Part shown: positions 42,893 through 49,635 of the stretch, piece after piece | Position numbering within the stretch: position 1 is the first letter of the stretch | Layout of the letters: the number at the start of each line of letters is the position of its first letter | The notes under the pieces: model-generated | The model's database searches: none | Told to the model about the DNA's origin: nothing | The model's input: the letters and a program-made list of their open reading frames with translations, nothing else | Translations under genes and position numbers: made by a program | Assembly (NCBI GenBank): GCA_036012725.1 | Contig: DASCPW010000066.1 | Location: 1 to 49,635, forward strand | DNA length: 49,635 nt | Direction of reading: 5' to 3' | DNA from: Rhodospirillales bacterium | GTDB taxonomy: Bacteria > Pseudomonadota > Alphaproteobacteria > Rhodospirillales > 2-02-FULL-58-16

Positions 42893-45730
42893 TCAGGTTT
42901 CCGGCAAGCTGCAACGGTCCAGTAGATAGACGATGGATCGATAGGGAATACCCCCGTGTCGCGAAAGCCCGATCTCGCAGGTGCGGCTGGTCGAATAGCC
43001 CTCGCGGATCTTGCCCCCCAGTGTCGGCTTCAGTTGAGCTAAGGCGCTCTCGTTGAGTTCTGGTGTGGTAAAACCCTTATCTCCGGCGAATCCGCAGCAG
43101 GCCATACCGTCGGGGATCACCACCTCCGAAGTACAGGCCTCGGCGATTGTGCGGAGCTTGGCTTCAAGCCCCATCTTGCGGGTCGAACATGTGACGTGTA
43201 GCGCCACCGGCTCCCTGCACTGGGTCACCTTCAGACGACTCAGGACATGTTCGGCCAGGAAACTCGCCAAGTCGTGGACGGGAAGCCGGTCTTTAACGAA
43301 ATTCCCCAGGCGGAAAGCACAGGGGCTGGTGTCCAGGAGAATGGGATAGGTCCCATCCAGACTAACGGTTCGGAGCGCCGCCTCCATTTCCGCCGCCTTG
43401 CGATCAGCAAGATCGGACAGCCCCTTGCTTTCAAAGGGCTGTCCGCAACAGAGCTCTTTCAGTTCCTGGGGGACGATTACCTGGTAGCCGGCCTTCTCCA
43501 GCACCGAGCAGACGACTTCTGGCAGAGGACGCCGGTCGGGATCGTTGACCGCCGGTCCCATGGTGCGTGCGGCGCAACTGGGCGCATAGACCACGATGGG
43601 TTGGTCGCCGCCGTCTGCCTCTGTAGGTAGGGGAGGTGGCTTGGCTGCGCAGGGCAGTGTTGTAGGCGCTATCGGAAAACGGCGGCCAGAGACGTTATGG
43701 AGATTCCTTGTCAGTCCTTCCAAACCACTGGCGCCGATTATGCTGCGCGCTAGACCGGCCGCCTTAAGCCCCATGCTCGTGATATCCATGGCCAGTCCGT
43801 AATGGTCCGCGGTCCAGTCGCCGAGTCGACGTCCGGTCTCCTTCATGCGGCGGCCACGGAGCACCTTGGTTAACGCTCCAGTCTCGATCCCCACAGGACA
43901 TACGGTGGCGCAGAGGCCGCAGGCGGCGCAGGTGTCAATACCTTGGTAGTCGTAAAGGTTGCTCAGAGCCTGGGCTTGGCCATCGTCCGAAAGACGAGAA
44001 ATTTCCCGCCAACCGACGATGCGCTGGCGAGGCGTCAGGGTCAGATCTCTGGACGGGCAGGTCTGTTCGCAGAAACCGCACTCGATGCACTTATCGATGA
44101 TAACGTCGGCGGCGGGCAGGGTCTTCAAGTTCTTCAGGTGAACCTGATCGTCCTCGTTGAGGATGCCCCCGGGATTGAGCACCCCCTCGGGATCGAAAAG
44201 CGCCTTGATGTCTTTCATCAGGCCATAGGCCTGGACGCCCCATTCCATCTGGACGAAGGGGGCCATGTTGCGTCCGGTTCCGTGCTCGGCCTTGAGCGAT
44301 CCACTATAGCCATCGACCACCATCAGACAAACGTCTTCCATGAAGCGGGCATAACGCGCCACCTCGGCCGCATCCATGAAATCCTGGGTAAAGACAAAAT
44401 GCAGGTTCCCCTCCAGTGCATGGCCGAAAATGATTGCTTCATCATAGCCGTGTCTTGTGAACAGCTCCTGGAGCTCCAGGGTGGCTTCAGCCAGCCGGGA
44501 CAGAGGGAAGGCTACATCCTCGATGATCACCGTGGTTCCGACGGGCCGGACACTCCCTACAGAGGGGAACAAACCCTTGCGGATATTCCATAGCCGGGCA
44601 CCTTCTTCGGCATTGGTGGTGAATTCGACGGGGCCGGCGATGTTAATCTTCTTCAACGCTTCTTGTACGGCTATGATATCCTCGTTCAGTCTCTGTTTGT
44701 CTGCCGAGCATATCTCCACCAAAAGCGCTGAGGAAACGTTGTCCAGATCCCGGATCGCCTTTGGCATGCCCGGCTTATTTTCAACCGAGCGCAGAGCCGC
44801 CCGATCCATTAGTTCGACCGCCGAAACAGGGCTTTGTTTCAGGGCCGTCGCCGCCTGGCAGGCTTCGGCTATGCCTGGGAAAAGCAGCAGGGAGGAGGCC
44901 TTGTCGGCGTACTCCGGAACCGTGTGGTAGGTGATTTCGGCAATGAAGCCCAGGGTCCCTTCGGATCCGATCATCAAGTGCTGGAGGATATCGAAAGGAT
45001 CCTCGAAGTCGACCAGGGCATTGAGACTGTAGCCCGTGGTGTTTTTGATCTTGAACTTGTCCCGGACACGTTTAGCCAACACTGGGTTGTCCAGAATTTG
45101 ACGGGCCATGGCGGAGAGGCCGTCAAGCAGTGCTCCGTGACTTTGCCGGAAAGCCATCCGGCTCTCTGTATCCCCAGTGTCCAGCAGGGTCCCGTCGGCC
45201 AGGATCACCTTCATGCTATCCAGGGTGCGGTAGCTGTTCTGGGCCGTGCCGCAGCACATTCCCGAGGCATTGTTGGCGGCGATGCCGCCTATCTTGGCCG
45301 CATTGATGGAGGCCGGGTCGGGGCCGATCTTGCGGCCAAAGGGGGCCAGGCGGCGGTTGGCCTGGCCACCGATTACCCCCGGACCCAGACGGACCTTATG
45401 GGCATTCTGGGCAATCTCGCAGTGGTCCCAACCACGGCCCAGAACCGCGAGAACCGAGTCCGTAACCGCCTGGCCCGACAGGCTGGTCCCGGCGGCCCGG
45501 AAGGTGACGGGTGTTCCACAGTCCTCTGAAAACCTAAGCAGACGCGAGACTTCGTCCACCGTCTCCACCATCACCACCAGCTTGGGCACCAGCCGGTAGA
45601 AGCTGGCGTCGGTTCCGTAAGCGAGAGTGCGTAACGGATCACGGATCAGGCGCGTTTCCGGTATGAAGGAGCGTAGCTTGGAGTACAGCCGGTCATAGGG
45701 TGCGGGCAGATGATCAGGGGAGTTAAACAC
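42893..45730 (-). CDS. FAD- and Fe-S-containing D-lactate dehydrogenase (Dld-II type)
   Basis: AYGTDASFYRL, FRAAGTSLSGQ, KIGPDPAS, NNASGMCCG, GHALEGNLH, LKAEHGTGRN, two CxxCxxCxxxCP and CCG domains. GTG start at 45730 after GGAAGG is inferred. Confidence 0.9.
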   Translation of the reverse strand: MFNSPDHLPAPYDRLYSKLRSFIPETRLIRDPLRTLAYGTDASFYRLVPKLVVMVETVDEVSRLLRFSEDCGTPVTFRAAGTSLSGQAVTDSVLAVLGRGWDHCEIAQNAHKVRLGPGVIGGQANRRLAPFGRKIGPDPASINAAKIGGIAANNASGMCCGTAQNSYRTLDSMKVILADGTLLDTGDTESRMAFRQSHGALLDGLSAMARQILDNPVLAKRVRDKFKIKNTTGYSLNALVDFEDPFDILQHLMIGSEGTLGFIAEITYHTVPEYADKASSLLLFPGIAEACQAATALKQSPVSAVELMDRAALRSVENKPGMPKAIRDLDNVSSALLVEICSADKQRLNEDIIAVQEALKKINIAGPVEFTTNAEEGARLWNIRKGLFPSVGSVRPVGTTVIIEDVAFPLSRLAEATLELQELFTRHGYDEAIIFGHALEGNLHFVFTQDFMDAAEVARYARFMEDVCLMVVDGYSGSLKAEHGTGRNMAPFVQMEWGVQAYGLMKDIKALFDPEGVLNPGGILNEDDQVHLKNLKTLPAADVIIDKCIECGFCEQTCPSRDLTLTPRQRIVGWREISRLSDDGQAQALSNLYDYQGIDTCAACGLCATVCPVGIETGALTKVLRGRRMKETGRRLGDWTADHYGLAMDITSMGLKAAGLARSIIGASGLEGLTRNLHNVSGRRFPIAPTTLPCAAKPPPLPTEADGGDQPIVVYAPSCAARTMGPAVNDPDRRPLPEVVCSVLEKAGYQVIVPQELKELCCGQPFESKGLSDLADRKAAEMEAALRTVSLDGTYPILLDTSPCAFRLGNFVKDRLPVHDLASFLAEHVLSRLKVTQCREPVALHVTCSTRKMGLEAKLRTIAEACTSEVVIPDGMACCGFAGDKGFTTPELNESALAQLKPTLGGKIREGYSTSRTCEIGLSRHGGIPYRSIVYLLDRCSLPET

Positions 45731-45915
45731 GTATACCTTCCAACCATCATACTCGTAGCATTGACCTGGTTTGGACCGGGACAACGAATGGCGTCGAACT
45801 TGGCGTCCTTTCCGATCTATCAGCCGGTCGGATCTCTTCGGCGCACATCTCGATAGCTCCGCGGGGATACTCGGCAGCGCACAATCGTTGATCTCTCGAT
45901 CCTCTGCGGCTTGCG

Positions 45916-46563
45916 TTATCCATCGATCACCAGGACGATGAGTTCCTTGGGGCCGTGGACGCCAAAGGTGAGTTCCTGTTCGATATCGGCGGTCTTTGAG
46001 GGACCCGAAATCAGCACCACGTTGGTCGGCATTCCGTCCTGCCAGTTCTCTTCCGTCAGCGTCCACCATAAGGTGTCGTAGATTCGGTCGGCGTCCAGTA
46101 GGGCGATGTGTAGTGGCGGGACCAGGGACAGCAGGCGGGGCTCGGCTTCATTGGGCCAGAGGATCAGGCTGCCGGTCTCGGCGATGGCGCCACGGGTGGT
46201 GGTCAGGGCGGCGAGCGCTTCGAAGACCTCGGCCTTTCTGTCCTCGTAACGGCCGTCGTAAATGGTCAGGTCTGGACTACCTTCTTCGTCCTGCAAGCGT
46301 TCTATCAACTGATTATCCGTACCGATCAACAAGGATGGGATTGCCCTTTTTTCCAGCAGTCGGGCGACCAGCGCCGGCCAGTCCGCCTCGGTTGTCCGGT
46401 GAAACTCGGTGTTAACCGCCACCATCAGGCTTTCCAACCGGGCAATCTTTTCCTCCCTGCTCCAGCTTTTCCCGTAAATGACGGAGAAATCGGAAACCGG
46501 CCCCTCGCCGGCGGCGTCGCCGGCTCTTAACTTGGCCAGGATAGCATCCCTCGCATTACTCAT
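45916..46563 (-). CDS. lutC: Lactate utilisation protein C (LutC/LldG)
   Basis: GAIAETGSL, PRLLSLVPPLHIA, LISGPSKTADIEQEL, GVHGP. Confidence 0.92.
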   Translation of the reverse strand: MSNARDAILAKLRAGDAAGEGPVSDFSVIYGKSWSREEKIARLESLMVAVNTEFHRTTEADWPALVARLLEKRAIPSLLIGTDNQLIERLQDEEGSPDLTIYDGRYEDRKAEVFEALAALTTTRGAIAETGSLILWPNEAEPRLLSLVPPLHIALLDADRIYDTLWWTLTEENWQDGMPTNVVLISGPSKTADIEQELTFGVHGPKELIVLVIDG

Positions 46564-47986
46564 CTGCCAGTCCTTTCTCGCGCACCATCTGGTGCAGGGT
46601 CTTGCCGGCGAACCTAGGCTTGGTCCGCGCCGAGGTCCATTGCCTGAGCAGCGGCGCACCGGACGGCGCTAGGTTGCCGGCCTTGGCTAACAGCCCGGTC
46701 ATCATCCGATAGGCCGCCGGGGACCGATGCATCCATTTCCATCCCGTCCAGACTAAGTCCTCCATGACCGACTTCCTCGCCCCGCTTTCCTTGACCGTGG
46801 GCCGCGGGCAGTGCCCCGCCGCTTCGTCGCGCAACCGGACCAAAACCTGAGCGATGGGGATTCTCACCGGGCAGACCTCGACGCAGGCGTTGCAGAGCGA
46901 CGACGCCTCTGGCAGGTCGCCGAAGACCCGCATGCCCTCGATCTGCGGGGTGAGGATCTTGCCGATCGGCCCTGGATAGACCCCGCCGTAGGCATGGCCG
47001 CCGACCCGGGTGTAGACCGGGCAGTGGTTCATGCAGGCCCCGCAGCGGATGCATTGCAGGGTCCGCCGGGTCTCAGCGTCGGCATGGATTCGGCTACGGC
47101 CGTTGTCGAGCAGGATCAGGTGGACCTCCTCGGGGCCGTCCCTTTCGCCTTCCTTGCGGGGCGAGGTAATCATGTTAAAATAGGTGGTGATCGGCTGGCC
47201 GGTGGCCGAGCGGGTCAGCAGTGATAGCAGCGGCGGCACGTCTTCCAGCTTCTCGACCACCTTCTCAATCCCAGTCACCGCGATATGGACCGGCGGCACG
47301 GTGGTCACCATGCGCCCGTTGCCCTCGTTTTCGACCAGACAAAGGGTCCCGGTCTCAGCGACCGCGAAGTTGACCCCCGACAGACCGGCATCGGCGTCCT
47401 GGAACTCGCGGCGCAGCTGGGACCGCGCCACTGCCGTCATTTCGACCGGATCCTCGGTGTAGTCGTAATTCTCGATGTTGTCCTTGAACAACCGGGCGAT
47501 CTGGCCCCGGTTCTTGTGGATCGCCGGCATGATGAGGTGCGACGGCGTTTCCCCGGCCATCTGGACGATGTATTCGCCAAGGTCGGCCTCAAGCGCGGTG
47601 ATTCCATGCCGGCCCAGGTAGTCGTTGAGGTGCATCTCCTCGGAGACCATGGACTTTCCCTTGACCACCCGCTTGGCGCCCCGCCGCTGCAGAATTTCGA
47701 GAACGGTTTCGTTGGCCTGCTCGACGGTCTCGGCCCAGTGGACGGAGATGCCGTTGGCCGTGCAGTTGCGTTCCAATTGCTCCAACAGGTCGGGAAGCCT
47801 GGCGAGGGCCCGGCGGCGGATCGATTCGCCCAGGCCCCGTAGCCGCTCCCACTCGTTGACATCGGAGAACTGTTCCGCCCGCTTGTCCATCAGGCCATCC
47901 ATGGCACGGCGGAAGTTGGCCCGCAGTTGCGTGTCTTTCAACGCCGTTCCGGCGCGCTCCCGGAAACAACCTTCAGCGCCCGTCAT
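46556..47986 (-). CDS. lutB: Lactate utilisation Fe-S protein B (LutB/LldF)
   Basis: KGKSMVSEE, DLGEYIVQ, ENEGNGR, RSATGQ, CIRCGACMNHCPVY, SSLCNACVEVCPV. Confidence 0.94.
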   Translation of the reverse strand: MTGAEGCFRERAGTALKDTQLRANFRRAMDGLMDKRAEQFSDVNEWERLRGLGESIRRRALARLPDLLEQLERNCTANGISVHWAETVEQANETVLEILQRRGAKRVVKGKSMVSEEMHLNDYLGRHGITALEADLGEYIVQMAGETPSHLIMPAIHKNRGQIARLFKDNIENYDYTEDPVEMTAVARSQLRREFQDADAGLSGVNFAVAETGTLCLVENEGNGRMVTTVPPVHIAVTGIEKVVEKLEDVPPLLSLLTRSATGQPITTYFNMITSPRKEGERDGPEEVHLILLDNGRSRIHADAETRRTLQCIRCGACMNHCPVYTRVGGHAYGGVYPGPIGKILTPQIEGMRVFGDLPEASSLCNACVEVCPVRIPIAQVLVRLRDEAAGHCPRPTVKESGARKSVMEDLVWTGWKWMHRSPAAYRMMTGLLAKAGNLAPSGAPLLRQWTSARTKPRFAGKTLHQMVREKGLADE

Positions 47987-48734
47987 CGGTCCGCTCCAAA
48001 AGAAATTCGGCGATGTGCCGTCCCAAAACCGCGCTTCCTTTCTTGCCAAGGGCACCGGTAATGTTCATCAGACAGCCGCAATCGCCGGACACGATTTTTT
48101 CGGCCCCGCTCTGCTCGATATCGGCGGCCTTGTCGGTGACCATAGCAGCGGAGACGTCGGGCTGCTTGACGCTGAAGGTGCCGCCAAAACCACAACATTC
48201 CTTTTCCCGCTGAAGTTCCACGAGTTCGACTTTGGCCAATTGGCGGAGCAGTGTTTTTGGCTCATCGCGGATTCCCATCTCGCGTTGCGAATGGCAGGAG
48301 CCGTGCCAAGTCACCCGGATAGGATCGCCCCTGTCCTCCAGGGCAACGCCGGCCACGTGAACAAGGAACTCGGTTAATTCGAAAACGCGCTCGGCCAGGG
48401 CCTTCGCAGTTGCTTCCTCGGGGTAGCCTTCGAACAGGTAAGGATAATGCCTACGCATCATTCCGGCGCAAGACCCGGACGGCAGCACCACCGGGATATC
48501 CTTAGGGAATAGCTTGATCTGCGCCGCTGCCACGGCCCGGGCCTCGTCCCTGTGGCCGTTGTTGAAGGCCGGCTGGCCGCAGCAGCTCTGGCCCTGCGGA
48601 AAGATCATCTTGATCCCCTGGCGCTGCAACAGCTCCATCCCGGCCATGCCGGCCCGAGGATAGAACAGATCGACCAAGCAGGTGCCGAAAAAATAGACCG
48701 CTCCCGGTTTCTCCGGGTAGTCCCGATCAGTCAT
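47973..48734 (-). CDS. lutA: Lactate utilisation protein A (LutA/LldE)
   Basis: YFFGTCLVD, QSCCGQPAFN, PSGSC, HGSCH, CCGFGGTFS, DCGCLMNI. Start 48734 after AGGGAG (alternative 48761). Confidence 0.93.
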   Translation of the reverse strand: MTDRDYPEKPGAVYFFGTCLVDLFYPRAGMAGMELLQRQGIKMIFPQGQSCCGQPAFNNGHRDEARAVAAAQIKLFPKDIPVVLPSGSCAGMMRRHYPYLFEGYPEEATAKALAERVFELTEFLVHVAGVALEDRGDPIRVTWHGSCHSQREMGIRDEPKTLLRQLAKVELVELQREKECCGFGGTFSVKQPDVSAAMVTDKAADIEQSGAEKIVSGDCGCLMNITGALGKKGSAVLGRHIAEFLLERTDDGR

Positions 48735-48775
48735 ATCGATGTGCTCCCTTAATTGCGTCATATTCCTAAATAAGA

Positions 48776-49585
48776 TCAGGAAGCTTTCCGCTCCCTACGT
48801 TTATTTGCCGCACTCAAGCGCTTACGATAGCGCTCAAGACGGCGATATGAGACTTCTGTACGGGCTTCTTCGTGGCCCATATCTTGGGTCACCTCTTTTA
48901 CGTAACGCAAGTGGCTGGCCGCCGCGTCCCTGGCCTTATCCGAGTCTCCGTCCATGATGGGTCTGTAGATTGCACAGTGTTGCTTGAGCAACAAGTCCCG
49001 CGAACCGGGGTGGGTGTAGAGCTGCATTCGATTGAAGAAAACGCCCTTGCGCAGCAGGGTGAAGAGACTGCGTGAGACGTGAAGAAGCACCACGTTATGG
49101 CTTGCCTCAGCAATGGCCATATGGAAATCGGCATCGACGTCAGCTTCCCGAGTAGGGTCCTCGGTCCCATGGGCCTTCTCCATGGCCTCGATGCAGACGG
49201 TCAGCAACTCCCGATCCACATCTGTCGCCCTTAGCGCCGCGAAGTAAGCGGATGTGCCATCGAGGAAAGTGCGAAACTCAAGAAAATCCTGGGCGGTGCT
49301 TGGAGCGTTTTGAAAGAGAGCCGCCAGGGGATCGGTCAGCGACGGAGCAAGGAAATTGCAAACATATGTCCCCCCTCCATGTTTTGTCTCCAATAGCCCC
49401 TTTTTCTCGAGCTTTTGCAGAGCTTCGCGCAGGGACGGACGGGAAACATCCATCTGCTGGGCGAGATCGCGTTCGGACAGCAGCCGCTCACCAGGCACCA
49501 ACACCCCCTGGATTACGAGCTTCTCCAGCTGGATGGCTACAACATCGGATATTTTTTCCTGTTTGATACGTTTGTAGGCTACCAT
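48776..49585 (-). CDS. GntR/FadR family regulator (LldR/GlcC/PdhR-like)
   Basis: PGERLLSERDLA..VSRPSLREAL, GGGTYV, DADFHMAIAEASHN; heads the lut operon. Confidence 0.9.
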   Translation of the reverse strand: MVAYKRIKQEKISDVVAIQLEKLVIQGVLVPGERLLSERDLAQQMDVSRPSLREALQKLEKKGLLETKHGGGTYVCNFLAPSLTDPLAALFQNAPSTAQDFLEFRTFLDGTSAYFAALRATDVDRELLTVCIEAMEKAHGTEDPTREADVDADFHMAIAEASHNVVLLHVSRSLFTLLRKGVFFNRMQLYTHPGSRDLLLKQHCAIYRPIMDGDSDKARDAAASHLRYVKEVTQDMGHEEARTEVSYRRLERYRKRLSAANKRRERKAS

Positions 49586-49635
49586 ATCCTGGCTCCGATG
49601 TGTTCAATAGCTTAATTGGCGCGAAAAATGCGCCG

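Noticed and set aside
45731-46069. N-terminal extension of D-lactate dehydrogenase given in the ORF track (1058 aa)
   Set aside because: It overlaps lutC. Family similarity starts near LPAPY, and a GTG with a ribosome-binding site lies at 45730.

Overview
GC-rich alphaproteobacterial chromosomal segment, with Rhodospirillales-like gene content and order. An intact housekeeping backbone (ABC-F, rmuC, def-fmt, truA, dapE-dapD, argB, engB-yidC-yidD-rnpA-rpmH, ggt, dCTP deaminase, panBC, clpB, M23 peptidase, a cobalamin-riboswitch-controlled btuB/F/C/D-tonB operon, eipA, mmsA, ATP synthase zeta subunit, tRNA-Arg(CCT), pip) is interleaved with about a dozen decayed genes or deletion scars that are mostly missing or split in the ORF track. 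The most striking hidden one, between panC and clpB, is a frameshifted small gene with the magnetosome Mms6-type signature GGTIWTGxGxxLGLGLGLGxWG and an acidic C-terminal tail. Several families of palindromic intergenic elements are present. After about 41.5 kb, IS3- and IS1182-like end remnants precede an intact, apparently acquired L/D-lactate utilisation cluster (GntR regulator, lutABC, Fe-S D-lactate dehydrogenase, AEC transporter). All protein calls come from motif recognition by eye; no database search was run.
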